NCBI GenBank assembly: GCA_002435985.1
Contig: DIXD01000024.1
Span: 13,167 to 77,166 of the forward strand
Direction of reading: 5' to 3'
From: Spirochaetaceae bacterium UBA6089
Lineage (GTDB): Bacteria; Spirochaetota; Spirochaetia; Treponematales; Rectinemataceae
DNA: 64,000 bases
Every line of letters starts with the position of its first letter. Position 1 is the stretch's first letter. The notes under the pieces are model-generated. The model was not told where the DNA came from. It ran no database searches and was given only the letters and a program-made list of their open reading frames with translations. Shown in pieces: positions 37,939 through 48,254 of the stretch. The translations under genes and the position numbers were made by a program.

Positions 37939-39240
37939 TTACTTGTAGAGCTTCTCGAACTCGCGGAGTGTCTTGTTGCCCTCGCTCACCATCTTGTCGA
38001 GTCCAGCTTTTACCGAGATCTTACCGGAAAGAATGTCTTCCCATATCTGGTCTTCGATCTCGCGGATAATAGGCATATTCCCGAAGCGGACGCCCATCGA
38101 ATTTGGGGTGGGTGTCTTGTTCGTGAGCTGTTTGATGGCGACTTCAAGACCGGGGTTGTCCTTGTAGTAACCCTGGGATTTTGTCAGCTCGTAGGCGGCC
38201 TGCGTGACAGGCAGATACCCAGTCGCTTTGTGCCAGAGCGATTGGATTTCAGGTTTGGAGATGAAGTTGAAGAACTCGGCGACAGTCTTGTACTCAGCCG
38301 CTGGTCTGCCATTGAACACCCACAGGGATGCGCCGCCGATGATCGAGTTCTGCGGTGCCCCTGGAACATCGGGATAGTAGGGCAGGCGAGCCACGCCAAA
38401 GTCGAACTTGCAGTTGGCCTTCATGTTGCCGTAGCCACCGATCGATTCGAAGTGCATGCCGACTCGGCCTGAGGTGAATAGTGGATTGGCCTTGTTCTCG
38501 CGGCCGCCATAGATGAACACGCCGGTCTTGGAGAGATCGTAGATGTTCTGGAAGTGGCGCACGGTGATCGGGCTGTTGAACACGAGCGTGGTGTCGAGTC
38601 CGTCGAAGCCGTTGCTCCGGGTGCCGAAGGGAATATTATGCCATGCGCAGAAGTTTTCAAGCTGGATCCAGCTGATCCAGTTGGTGGAGAAGCCGCCCTC
38701 CATGCCGGAGGCTTTCAGCTTCTTTGCGACTTCAAAGAACTCGGGCCATGTGACGGGCGGTTTTTCCGGATCGAGGCCGGCCTTGCGGAAGGCATCCTTA
38801 TTGTAGTACATGACTGCCGTAGAGCTATTGAAGGGCATGGACAACATGCGGCCATCGGAAGTCGAATAGTAAGATTTGATGGTCGGAATGTAGATGTTCG
38901 GATCCCACTTCATGTTGTTTTCGGCCATAAGCTGGTAGACTGGTTTGATTGCGTTCTTGGCGGCCATCATGGTCGCGGTGCCGACTTCGTACACTTGAAT
39001 GATGGCTGGTGCCTGGCCGGCGCGGAACGCCGCGATTCCCGCATTCATAGTATCGACATACGATCCCTTATATACGGGAACAACCTTGTACTCTTTCTGA
39101 CTTGCGTTGAACTGGTCGCAAATGGTCTGTACCATTTCACCGTTTTTACCAGTCATGGCATGCCAGAACTCGACAGTGGTCTGTGCGTAGAGCCCGACAG
39201 CCATGCAGAGAACGGTCATCAGCACAATGACTCGTTTCAT
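37939..39240 (-). CDS. ugpB: sn-glycerol-3-phosphate-binding protein
   Basis: FWHAMTG, QVYEVGTATMM, MPFNSST, IIGGASLWV, TGYLP. Confidence 0.95.
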   Translation of the reverse strand: MKRVIVLMTVLCMAVGLYAQTTVEFWHAMTGKNGEMVQTICDQFNASQKEYKVVPVYKGSYVDTMNAGIAAFRAGQAPAIIQVYEVGTATMMAAKNAIKPVYQLMAENNMKWDPNIYIPTIKSYYSTSDGRMLSMPFNSSTAVMYYNKDAFRKAGLDPEKPPVTWPEFFEVAKKLKASGMEGGFSTNWISWIQLENFCAWHNIPFGTRSNGFDGLDTTLVFNSPITVRHFQNIYDLSKTGVFIYGGRENKANPLFTSGRVGMHFESIGGYGNMKANCKFDFGVARLPYYPDVPGAPQNSIIGGASLWVFNGRPAAEYKTVAEFFNFISKPEIQSLWHKATGYLPVTQAAYELTKSQGYYKDNPGLEVAIKQLTNKTPTPNSMGVRFGNMPIIREIEDQIWEDILSGKISVKAGLDKMVSEGNKTLREFEKLYK

Positions 39241-39353
39241 TACGTCGCCTCCAGGATTTTAGATAGATACCGGACAAACTGCCCAGTATGAGTTACAAAG
39301 ATTAGTCTACAACTGCTTTGTTAAGCGCGCAATAGGAAGCTATAAAAATTTCT

Positions 39354-40364
39354 TTAAAATAAGGTTTTTACCTTGATGAGGCCCATATCCGGGAAATCGG
39401 TGATGATCCCCGAAACTCCCCAGCCGATGAGGGTGGTCATCCTCGAGGGATCGTTCACTGTCCAGGGCAGCACGCTCATTCCGGCCGCGCGCGCCGCCTT
39501 GACTGTTGTCTCGTCGAGGTATTTCTCATTCGGGTTGAGGGCGATAGCGCCGAAATCCCTAAGCGTCGCAACCGGGTCCTTCAGAGGCTTGTCGATGAGC
39601 ACAGCAATGTCGATCTTCGGCTCGGTCTTTTTTACCCGCTTCAGGTAGGCATGGTTGAATGAGGAAATGAGCACCGAAGAGACCATGTCGAGTTCCTTCA
39701 CAAGGGCGACGGTCTTTTCGACGATCCAGGCATCGCAGGCGAAGCCCGTCGCGTCCTTGATCTCGATGTTGATGCGCCAGCCGAGGCGCTTTGTCAGCTC
39801 GAGCGCCTCGCGGAGGGTCGGAATTCTTATGCCGGTGAAGGACCGAAGTTCTTCGGAGCCGACTCCCCCCGCCTTGATCTGAAGAAAAGGGTCGGTGCGT
39901 GCGTACCATGAGCCCGCATCGAGGGATCGTAGCTCAGCGAGCGTAAAGTCGTAGACATTCCATGGTGAGCGGGAGGGAAAGCGGACTTTCGCGTCGGTGG
40001 TGCGGACCAGTGTCGTATCGTGTAACACGACGAGCTCGCCGTCGCTCGACGCCGCCACGTCCAGTTCCCACATATCTGCGCCAACATCGAAGCTTTTTTG
40101 GGCGGCAACGAGGGTATTCTCCGGCGCGATAGCGCGAAAACCGCGGTGAGCGATCACAAGCGGACGGGATGCGTGCATGAGTAGTTTCTCCATTGAAAGA
40201 TGTTCAGGCCTATCCTGGCCATAGAGCGTAAATCCGGCATGCATCATGAGAATGCTGCTGAACACCACGGACTGCAGACGAATCGGTCTCCTTCTTTTTT
40301 GGAGATGGTGCAGCATGCGGAACTTCATTCCAAATATTTTAGGATTTCTCTGTATCTCTGGCAA
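39354..40364 (-). CDS. glpQ: Glycerophosphodiester phosphodiesterase (start uncertain, possibly 40316 or 40328)
   Basis: IAHRG..A.APENT, ELDV, HD..L.RTT, NIEIK, SSF, WTVN, GIITDFP. Confidence 0.88.
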   Translation of the reverse strand: MPEIQRNPKIFGMKFRMLHHLQKRRRPIRLQSVVFSSILMMHAGFTLYGQDRPEHLSMEKLLMHASRPLVIAHRGFRAIAPENTLVAAQKSFDVGADMWELDVAASSDGELVVLHDTTLVRTTDAKVRFPSRSPWNVYDFTLAELRSLDAGSWYARTDPFLQIKAGGVGSEELRSFTGIRIPTLREALELTKRLGWRINIEIKDATGFACDAWIVEKTVALVKELDMVSSVLISSFNHAYLKRVKKTEPKIDIAVLIDKPLKDPVATLRDFGAIALNPNEKYLDETTVKAARAAGMSVLPWTVNDPSRMTTLIGWGVSGIITDFPDMGLIKVKTLF

Positions 40365-40497
40365 GCGGGCGCCTTTGAAACCCTCAGAACGCGTCTGAAA
40401 CCACCCGACCCCCCTGAAGTCCTCTGAAACCAGAGTGTGCTCTTCACAGCTTGCGCTTTATAGAAGGGAAGCATAGGATAGTGCGCGGAGACGGAAC

Positions 40498-41082
40498 ATG
40501 ATCGTAGGTGACGGAAACGGCGCGCGCAAGTGGATTACACTCTCTTCGCGCAAGGTGTATGAGTGCAATGTTTTCAGTGTGTTTGAACAAGAAAGCCGTG
40601 GACCCGACGGCCGCACAGGCCATTTTTCCGTTATGGAAGCGAAGGACTGGGCCGTTGTCGTGCCCTATGTCAGAACCCAAGAGGGTGTCTCGTTCCTTAT
40701 GGTGCGCCAGTATCGCCACGGCGCAAACGTGATGAGCCTCGAATTCCCCGGCGGCGTGGTCGAGCCCGGAGAAGAGCCGGCCAATGCGGCGGCGCGTGAG
40801 CTCGCCGAGGAGACCGGCTGGGTGTCAGAGCAAGTGCTCGATGCGGGCACGGTATTCCCCAATCCCGCAATTCAGGACAACCATTTTCATGTGTTTGTGG
40901 CGCTTGACCCGAAGCCGGGGGTAGCCCGGAATCTCGACGCGAACGAGATCATCGATGTGGAGCTCGTTGCCGCCGATGAGGTGCGCCGCCGCATGGGCGA
41001 AGGTGACCTTCAGCATGCCCTTATGGTCTCGGCACTCTACCTTGCGGATAGGTGTGTCGCATCTTTGAGTGCACAAACCTAA
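40498..41082 (+). CDS. NUDIX hydrolase (ADP-ribose pyrophosphatase-like)
   Basis: VRQYRH, Nudix box GGVVEPGEEPANAAARELAEETG. Confidence 0.92.
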   Translation: MIVGDGNGARKWITLSSRKVYECNVFSVFEQESRGPDGRTGHFSVMEAKDWAVVVPYVRTQEGVSFLMVRQYRHGANVMSLEFPGGVVEPGEEPANAAARELAEETGWVSEQVLDAGTVFPNPAIQDNHFHVFVALDPKPGVARNLDANEIIDVELVAADEVRRRMGEGDLQHALMVSALYLADRCVASLSAQT

Positions 41083-42220
41083 AGGGTGCCCGACCAACCG
41101 AAATGGCCCCGGCAGGGCACACCTCGTGACAGCAAAAGCAGGTGATGCATCGCCCATCATCGATGTGGATAATGTTCGATCCGGATCTCTTTGTAAGACA
41201 GAGTGCGTCGGCTGGACATATTTCGATGCAGGCGCCACAGCCGATACATTTTTTCGTATGGAAGATGGGGCGCATGCGAATAAAGGAACCCGCGAGTGCT
41301 CTAAGGCTGTCGGGAATCGAAATGAGCCTTTGGCCGACCTTGCTTTTACCATACGGCAGCAGTTCGAACCCTTCGTGCCCGATCTCGCTCACAATAAGAG
41401 GATATGTCGCCGGCTCAGCGAAAGATTCACTTCCTACGGTCCTCTGCATGCCGTCGAGCACATAGGGAATGCGCGAAGGATCATAGCCTATACATCGTGT
41501 TGCGACCCAGTCGAGCATCGCAACGCTCTGCGATGCGAGCACGATGCCGAGAGGGTAGGGGGTCCCGGCACCGGGCCCTTCGCCCTGCATGGCGACAATG
41601 CCGTCCATAAAAGTGAAACATCGCGGCACCGAGAGGGCAAGGTCCACGAGCATCTGGCCGAAATCGGCGACATTGGGGTACTGCAGGTGCATAGCGCTCT
41701 TTGCAGTGCCGGGAATAAGGCCGAAAAGGTTCTTCATCGCGCCGGTATAGGTCATAAGGTGATGATTCTTCAGCTTCGGCAGGTTCACGACGAAGTCTGC
41801 CCTCCTGAGCGCCGTGGTCAGGGGAAGATTCTTTAATTTCTTGCCGTTTGTGATAGGGAAGAGGCTGGCTTCTCCGAAGTCTACCCACACGCCTCCATGT
41901 TTCTGAACACTCTCGTAGATGCCACAGACCTTGGCGGCAAGTGTACCGGGCTGCCAACCGGGCGAGTCCCCGACGAGCACTTCTTTGGCTCCCCGCGCTC
42001 TGACGAACTTTATGACGGCGCCCACAAAGGAGGGATGCGTAGTCACGGCCTTTGTGGCGGGGGAAGCATTCAAAACGTTTGGTTTGAGAAGGACGGTTGC
42101 TCCCCGCACGTCCGGAAAGCCCGCGATCTCCGCCGCCTGGGCGATTATGGCGTCCAGCTTCCGGTCTTCGTAGTCTTCGCATCGAAGCAGCGCGACGTCG
42201 GCTCTTTTTGTATTGCTCAT
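41021..42220 (-). CDS. DUF362 protein with C-terminal 2x[4Fe-4S] ferredoxin domain
   Basis: VLLKPN, TTHP, NLPKLKNH, KNLFG, GEGP; CIGCGACIEICP and CITCFCCHEVCP. Confidence 0.88.
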   Translation of the reverse strand: MSNTKRADVALLRCEDYEDRKLDAIIAQAAEIAGFPDVRGATVLLKPNVLNASPATKAVTTHPSFVGAVIKFVRARGAKEVLVGDSPGWQPGTLAAKVCGIYESVQKHGGVWVDFGEASLFPITNGKKLKNLPLTTALRRADFVVNLPKLKNHHLMTYTGAMKNLFGLIPGTAKSAMHLQYPNVADFGQMLVDLALSVPRCFTFMDGIVAMQGEGPGAGTPYPLGIVLASQSVAMLDWVATRCIGYDPSRIPYVLDGMQRTVGSESFAEPATYPLIVSEIGHEGFELLPYGKSKVGQRLISIPDSLRALAGSFIRMRPIFHTKKCIGCGACIEICPADALCLTKRSGSNIIHIDDGRCITCFCCHEVCPAGAISVGRAPFRFVHSKMRHTYPQGRVPRP

Positions 42221-42351
42221 ATGTTTGATCCTTCGGGGCGTCAGTATATGCCGATACCGCGATCTCCATCAAGGCAAAAAATTGTACTTGCAAAGTTCGA
42301 TGAAGTGCCCGTATAATGACATATACCTATACGGAGAGGTTCCTGGGCAGA

Positions 42352-43284
42352 ATGCGAATACGGTTTGATCGAAACAACTGGGTGTACTATATCGGACGCG
42401 GAACGAATCTGCGGACGCTGCTGTTGGCGGTAGGCTGCATGCTCATGCTGCTCGGTTCAAGCTTCAGACCTTCTCCCGGCCCCATGTCGGCCCGCGGAGG
42501 ATCCGACGTGAACGACCATGCGCTCGGCGAGGAGATCGTTATGCCTGAGCCGGAGGACAAACTCGTCAAATATTCCGTCTACGAAGTCAAAAAGGGCGAC
42601 ACTCTTTCCGAAATCGCCGAAGACTTCGACATATCGCTCGATACGCTCATCAGCATTAACGGATTTACCTCTGCAAAGTCACTAAAGCCGAACCAATTGC
42701 TCAAGGTGCCGAATCAGTCGGGCATCGTATATGTCGCCCCAAAGGCGTCGTCCGTACAGGAGATCGCCGATTCGTATAATATCAGCGCCGACAGGATTAT
42801 CGATGCGAATGGGCTCTTGAGCGAAAATATTCCGGCGGGCAAGCCTCTTTTCTTGCCCGATGTCCGCCTGCCTGCAGCCCAACTGAGAGAAATTGCAGGA
42901 ACGCTGTTCAAATGGCCGGTGCGCGGCCGCCTGACGTCGTGGTTCGGATGGCGCAAAGACCCGTTCACCGGACGCCGATCTTTCCACAATGCCATCGATA
43001 TCGCGGCGCCCTATGGCTCGCCGATTGGCGCTTCTATGGATGGCCGTGTGGTAGAGACAGGCTATTCGCCCATCCTCGGTAAATATGTGATGATGTCGCA
43101 TACTGGAGGATGGAAAACTCTGTATGCTCACATGTCCGAGATTGTGGTGAAGGAAGGCCAGTATGTCTCACAAGGCCGGACCTTGGGGCGAATAGGAACA
43201 ACGGGATACAGCACGGGGCCTCATGTCCATTTCGAAGTGATCAAGAATGGAGTCCTCGTTAATCCGCTCAACTATCTGCCGTAA
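42352..43284 (+). CDS. LysM / M23 peptidase (peptidoglycan DD-endopeptidase)
   Basis: LysM YEVKKGDTLSEIA; M23 HNAID, YAHM, STGPHVHFE. ATG 42316 overlaps a TATAAT -10 box, so 42352 is preferred. Confidence 0.9.
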   Translation: MRIRFDRNNWVYYIGRGTNLRTLLLAVGCMLMLLGSSFRPSPGPMSARGGSDVNDHALGEEIVMPEPEDKLVKYSVYEVKKGDTLSEIAEDFDISLDTLISINGFTSAKSLKPNQLLKVPNQSGIVYVAPKASSVQEIADSYNISADRIIDANGLLSENIPAGKPLFLPDVRLPAAQLREIAGTLFKWPVRGRLTSWFGWRKDPFTGRRSFHNAIDIAAPYGSPIGASMDGRVVETGYSPILGKYVMMSHTGGWKTLYAHMSEIVVKEGQYVSQGRTLGRIGTTGYSTGPHVHFEVIKNGVLVNPLNYLP

Positions 43285-43346
43285 AGAATCCCAGGACGGA
43301 AAAGCTAAGATGCGGCCTTGCGTGGCGCGCACGTACAGTCTCTTAT

Positions 43347-43375
43347 TTGACGCATAAAGAAATATCTGCTACAGT
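43347..43375 (+). promoter_or_regulatory. Sigma70-type promoter of ptsI (near-leaderless)
   Basis: TTGACG-N17-TACAGT with extended TG; ATG lies 9 nt downstream; no SD. Confidence 0.65.
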
Positions 43376-43384
43376 TGTTGCACT

Positions 43385-45106
43385 ATGAGAACAACGAAAG
43401 GCATAGCGGTTTCTCCTGGTGTATCGATAGCGCCGGCCTTTATATTCAAGGATGATTCCGCCGAGACACCCCAGTATCGCATCAGCGCTGCGGAGGTGGA
43501 GACTGAGCTTGCTCGTTTTCGTGAGGCTTCTCTCTTGGCAAAGAAGGAAATAGAGACATTCCGAGACCGCGCCAAAAAAGAAGCCGGGGAAGAACAGGCG
43601 GCCATCTTCGATGCGCACCTCATGATGCTGGAAGATCCCGAGTTGCTCGAGCAGATCGAGCAATCTCTTAACAACAATCTCTTCAACGTCGAATCCGCTA
43701 TTCTCTCGTTTGAGACCGAAATGGTCGACAAGCTCTCCTCCTCGGCCGATCCGCTCATTCAAGAGCGAGTCTCGGATGTGCACGACGTGGTCCGACGCAT
43801 ACTCCAGCATCTCCTCAAAAAGGAAAGGATTTCCCTCTCCGATATCGAAGTAGAGATCATTCTGGTGGCCAAGGATCTTATGCCCTCGGACATGGTGGGC
43901 ATGTCGCGCAGTAAGGTGCGCGGAATAGTGACGGAATCCGGCGGACGCACGAGCCACGCAGCCATTTTGGCGAGGGCTTTTGAGATTCCCGCGGTGCTCG
44001 GCGTGGGGCCCGGCTTTGTCGATCAGGTCAAGCCAGGCCAACCCGTGTATGTCGACGGCGAAAAAGGTATCGTCGTTGTCGATCCCGACGATATCTTTAT
44101 CCAGAAAGAAAGGAGAGCTCGACTTGCCCGCATTCAGCGTGAAAAAGAAGACAAAGGACTCCGCGATGTTCCTGCCCAGACCAAGGATGGCACACGCATT
44201 TCGCTTGTGGCGAATATCGAGATGTCCGACGAGGTGACCAATGTCATCGACTATGGCGCAGAAGGAATTGGGCTTTTCAGATCCGAATTTTTATTCTTGG
44301 GTGGGCACGTCCCCGGCGAAGAGGAACAGTGTAGGGAATACACCAGAGTGGTACAGGCCATGCAGGGCAAAGCGGTAACCATCCGTACCCTCGATATCGG
44401 CGGAGATAAGGTGCTGCCCGAACTCGGCGCAGTGGGCGAGAAAAACCCCCTCCTCGGTTGGAGAGCGATTCGTTTCTGTCTTGAAAAGACCGAGCTGTTC
44501 AAGACGCAGCTTCGGGCGATCCTGCGCGCCTCCGTGCACGGAAAAGTCAAGATCATGTTCCCCATGATAAGCACGATCGATGAGCTTATCCGCGCACAAG
44601 GTCTTTTGGCTGAGGTAAAATGGGAGTGTAAGACCCTCGGTTATAGCATCGATCCGAATATCGAGGCCGGTATTATGGTCGAAGTGCCTTCGGCGGCGAT
44701 CTGCGCCGATGTGCTCTCCCGGTCCTGCGATTTCTTCTCGATCGGGACGAATGATTTGAGCCAGTACACGCTCGCGGTGGATAGGGGCAACCAGAAAGTG
44801 GCCTATCTCAACGAGCCCTACAATATAGCGGTGCTGCGGCTCATCAAAATGACGATTGGCTATGGAGAACACGCCCACATCGATGTGAGTCTCTGCGGCG
44901 AGATGGCCGCCGACCCTGCAAGCGCAGTGCTCCTCGTGGGCATGGGGCTGCGGACGCTCTCCATGTCCGCTTCGTCGATACCGGCAGTCAAACGCGCCCT
45001 CAGATCCGTCACCATCGAAGAAGCGTCCGCCCTTGCTCACCAGGCGCTTTCTATGCATACTTCGTCGCAGGTCAGCATGCTTTTATCGTTGAAGCTCAAT
45101 ATTTAG
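43385..45106 (+). CDS. ptsI: PTS enzyme I (phosphoenolpyruvate-protein phosphotransferase)
   Basis: GGRTSHAAI phospho-His, GIGLFRSE, RTLDIGGDK, SIGTNDL.QY, CGEMA. Confidence 0.96.
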   Translation: MRTTKGIAVSPGVSIAPAFIFKDDSAETPQYRISAAEVETELARFREASLLAKKEIETFRDRAKKEAGEEQAAIFDAHLMMLEDPELLEQIEQSLNNNLFNVESAILSFETEMVDKLSSSADPLIQERVSDVHDVVRRILQHLLKKERISLSDIEVEIILVAKDLMPSDMVGMSRSKVRGIVTESGGRTSHAAILARAFEIPAVLGVGPGFVDQVKPGQPVYVDGEKGIVVVDPDDIFIQKERRARLARIQREKEDKGLRDVPAQTKDGTRISLVANIEMSDEVTNVIDYGAEGIGLFRSEFLFLGGHVPGEEEQCREYTRVVQAMQGKAVTIRTLDIGGDKVLPELGAVGEKNPLLGWRAIRFCLEKTELFKTQLRAILRASVHGKVKIMFPMISTIDELIRAQGLLAEVKWECKTLGYSIDPNIEAGIMVEVPSAAICADVLSRSCDFFSIGTNDLSQYTLAVDRGNQKVAYLNEPYNIAVLRLIKMTIGYGEHAHIDVSLCGEMAADPASAVLLVGMGLRTLSMSASSIPAVKRALRSVTIEEASALAHQALSMHTSSQVSMLLSLKLNI

Positions 45107-45113
45107 GAAGTCT

Positions 45114-46520
45114 ATGAACAGAGAGAGAACGGCTCAGGTTACACCACCCGAGAGCAGCGCAGAGTCCCCGGCAGTCCGCTATGAAAACCTCCCGCTGGTA
45201 GTTCTCGCGGGGAGGCCGAATGTCGGCAAATCCACGCTCTTTAATCGCCTCATAGGAAAGCGTAGGGCTATCACTGACCCTCAGCCTGGGGTAACGCGCG
45301 ATCCCATCGAAGAAGAGTGCACGCTGCGAGGAACCGACAAGAAGGTGCTCTTGGTGGACACCGGCGGATTCAGGCTGGAGCGCGAGGGGCTGGACGAGCT
45401 GGTCGTCGCCAGGGCCCTTGCGTATATCGAGCGGTCGGATCTGGTCCTGTTTATGGTGGATGTAAGTGAGATAACACCGGAAGACGAAGAGTTTGCGGCA
45501 TTGTTGCGGCTTTACGCGGACAAGCTCATGCTCGTGGTGAACAAGGCGGACAGCCCCGAGCGCGATGCGCTCGTGTGGACACACGCGCAATGGGGATTCG
45601 AGCCTGTGTTCTTCGTTTCCGCGGAGCACAACCGGAACATCGACGAACTTGCCGAAGTCATTGCGGCTCACCTCGATTTTTCCCACGTGCGCGAGGTTGC
45701 GCTTGAGAAAGCGGATATCCGGATCGCCATCATGGGTAAGCCCAACACCGGAAAATCGACCCTCCTCAACGCGCTCGTGGGGCAGGAGCGGAGCATCGTT
45801 TCCGCCGAACCGGGCACAACCCGCGATATCGTCGAAAGTCGCTTTCTCTACAAGGGCAGAGGCATCAGCGTCCTCGACACCGCGGGTATCCGCAGAAAGA
45901 AAAAGGTCACCGATAACGTCGAATACTATTCGGTAGTGCGGTCCATCGCCGTGGTGAACCGGGCCGATGTGGTTATTCTTTTGATCGATGCAAAAGAAGG
46001 GCTCTCCGAGCAAGATAAAAAGATCGCCGCTTTTGCCGTGGAAGCAGGCCGGCCGGTGGTGTTGGCGCTGAGCAAGTGGGACACAATGCCGACCATGAAG
46101 AATGCCTTCGAGGCTGCCCGCGACCGCCTGCGCTTTTTTTTCGGGCAGATGGCCTATGCGCCCGTCGTCGCGATTTCGGCAAAGGAAGGGCAGGGGATCG
46201 ATAGACTCATGGGCACGGTGGTTTCGCTCTACGGTAAGGCGAACAAGGTGATCGAGACATCGCGTCTCAATCAGGCGGTCGCGGCTTGGATGGGAGCAAC
46301 GCCGCCACCGGCCGGCCCGCGCACTCACTTCAAACTGCGCTACGCCGTCCAGGCCTTCGTAAATCCACAGCGCTTCATTTTTTTTGTGACGCGTCCGGAA
46401 GCGGTGACGGAATCCTACCGCAGTTTTCTAAAGAACAAAATTCGTCTCGAATTCGGGCTCGACGGTATTCCCATTCAGCTTGAGCTGCGTGCATCTCGAA
46501 AAGATAGGCAGTGGGGTTGA
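45114..46520 (+). CDS. der: Ribosome biogenesis GTPase Der/EngA
   Basis: Two G domains (GRPNVGKS, DTGG, NKAD; GKPNTGKS, DTAG) plus a KH-like tail. Confidence 0.97.
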   Translation: MNRERTAQVTPPESSAESPAVRYENLPLVVLAGRPNVGKSTLFNRLIGKRRAITDPQPGVTRDPIEEECTLRGTDKKVLLVDTGGFRLEREGLDELVVARALAYIERSDLVLFMVDVSEITPEDEEFAALLRLYADKLMLVVNKADSPERDALVWTHAQWGFEPVFFVSAEHNRNIDELAEVIAAHLDFSHVREVALEKADIRIAIMGKPNTGKSTLLNALVGQERSIVSAEPGTTRDIVESRFLYKGRGISVLDTAGIRRKKKVTDNVEYYSVVRSIAVVNRADVVILLIDAKEGLSEQDKKIAAFAVEAGRPVVLALSKWDTMPTMKNAFEAARDRLRFFFGQMAYAPVVAISAKEGQGIDRLMGTVVSLYGKANKVIETSRLNQAVAAWMGATPPPAGPRTHFKLRYAVQAFVNPQRFIFFVTRPEAVTESYRSFLKNKIRLEFGLDGIPIQLELRASRKDRQWG

Positions 46521-46523
46521 GGC

Positions 46524-46907
46524 ATGCCGTACCTGAGCATCGGGCAGTTGGAAAGGCTCCTCTCGGTCCCTGCTTCGACGCTCCGTTTCTGGGAGAAATC
46601 GGTGCCTTTCTTGGCACCCATGCGAACTAAGTCAGGCCGCCGGACATACTCGATCTCCGAAGCTGGGCTGATCGCCCGTCTTAAGCATATGGCACTCGAC
46701 AGAAGATTCGGGCTTCAGCGTTCTCGGCGCCTTTTAGAATTCGAGCTGCTCTACGAGGACCAAGATTATCGGGCAGAGGTGAGGGCGCTTCGGGACAGGA
46801 TATTTTTTCTTATGCTGGAAAGCGAGCAGTGGCAAGAGGCGTATCGAAATTTTACAAAGGAGTTATGCGATGGAACAGGCGATACAACGCTTGATGGACT
46901 TCATTGA
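46524..46907 (+). CDS. MerR-family HTH protein
   Basis: LSIGQL..LL.VPASTLRFWE.....L.P.R..SGRR.Y. Confidence 0.8.
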   Translation: MPYLSIGQLERLLSVPASTLRFWEKSVPFLAPMRTKSGRRTYSISEAGLIARLKHMALDRRFGLQRSRRLLEFELLYEDQDYRAEVRALRDRIFFLMLESEQWQEAYRNFTKELCDGTGDTTLDGLH

Positions 46908-48165
46908 TGCCTCTCCCTCGCCGTTTCAGGCTGTCGACAATCTGGTCGGCATGCTGGACGCGATAGGAGCACAGGCGCTCGACGAGGGGCAGATATGGCA
47001 GCTCGAGCCCGGCGCCGTCTATTATGTGTGCCGAGGGGGAAGTTCGTTGATCGCCTTTAGAATGGGGCTTAAGGCCCCTGCGGAGGCGGGCTTCCTGCTC
47101 GCCGGAGCCCATACCGATAGTCCAACGCTCAAGATTCGCCCAGAAAAAGAGCTTCAGTCCAAGGGTTATATGCGTCTTGCACTCGAGTCCTATGGGGCGC
47201 CGATTCTTTCCGGTTGGTTGGATAGGCCGCTCGGGCTTGCAGGGGCTATCGCGGTCCGTCTAAAAGAGGGTATCGATTCGAGATTCTACATCAGTCACGA
47301 GCCATGTGCGGTCATCCCCAATCTAGCCATTCACTTGAACAGAGACATCAACAAAGGGTTCGAGTATAATCTGCATCAACATATGCCCGCGATTTTCGGG
47401 CTTGTTCATTCCGAGGAAGAGGCTACGAGCGCATCTTCATCCGGGACCCCGGAAATCCTCTTGCGTATCGCGACGGAGCTAGGAATCGAGCCTAGAGCGA
47501 TCGTCTCAGCCGATCTCAGGCTTTTCGATGCCGAACCCTCTCGTCTCATCGATGGGTCTCTCGTCAATGCACCGCGCCTCGATGACCTTGCGGGCTGTGC
47601 CGCAATTATGGAGGCCTTTGTCGAAGCGGGAGCCCAGGCCGCGACGCAGGTGGCGTGCTTCTTCGATGCAGAAGAGATCGGCTCGATGACGCTTGGAGGT
47701 GCACAGTCCTCGTATCTCCGCGATATCCTCGCCAGGATCACGCTCGCATCCCGCAACTCGGGCCAAGATTTCTACAGAGCCCTGTCGCACTCTTCGTGTA
47801 TCTCGGTGGATGCGTCTCAGGCGTGGCATCCGGGCTATCCAGACAAATTCGACGAGTTCTATACGCCGGTGCTCGGCGGGGGAGTTGCAGTAAAGTCGAA
47901 TGCCAACATGAATTATGCCACCGATTTTACGTCGCTGCGGATCGCGGAGGCTGCTGCCGCCAAGGCGAAGGTCGCTGTGCAGCACTATATGGCTCGGGCA
48001 GACATCCAGCCAGGCAAGACGATCGGTCCCATTACCGCGAGCCGCACGGGCATCACCACGGTGGATGTGGGCCATCCGCTGCTTGCGATGCATGCGATCC
48101 GCGAAACAATCGCGGCGTCCGACCACCTGGACATGATCGCCTTTTTGCGCGCCTTCTATTCTTGA
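46870..48165 (+). CDS. M18 family aminopeptidase
   Basis: SPSPFQA, GAHTDSP, IPNLAIH, RLDDL, DAEEIGS, LAMHAIRE. Confidence 0.93.
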   Translation: MEQAIQRLMDFIDASPSPFQAVDNLVGMLDAIGAQALDEGQIWQLEPGAVYYVCRGGSSLIAFRMGLKAPAEAGFLLAGAHTDSPTLKIRPEKELQSKGYMRLALESYGAPILSGWLDRPLGLAGAIAVRLKEGIDSRFYISHEPCAVIPNLAIHLNRDINKGFEYNLHQHMPAIFGLVHSEEEATSASSSGTPEILLRIATELGIEPRAIVSADLRLFDAEPSRLIDGSLVNAPRLDDLAGCAAIMEAFVEAGAQAATQVACFFDAEEIGSMTLGGAQSSYLRDILARITLASRNSGQDFYRALSHSSCISVDASQAWHPGYPDKFDEFYTPVLGGGVAVKSNANMNYATDFTSLRIAEAAAAKAKVAVQHYMARADIQPGKTIGPITASRTGITTVDVGHPLLAMHAIRETIAASDHLDMIAFLRAFYS

Positions 48166-48254
48166 ATGATCGTGCTTGCATGGACTCGCTTTGTTCGCCG
48201 CCGCAAGAGGTGCTGAGGTGCACCTGAAGTGCAAGATGGCTTGAAGGAACCTGC

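Noticed and set aside
41021-41082. Convergent 3' overlap of the NUDIX and DUF362 genes
   Set aside because: Involves only non-conserved tails, which is common in compact genomes.
45096-46328. 410-aa minus-strand ORF
   Set aside because: Antisense shadow of der.
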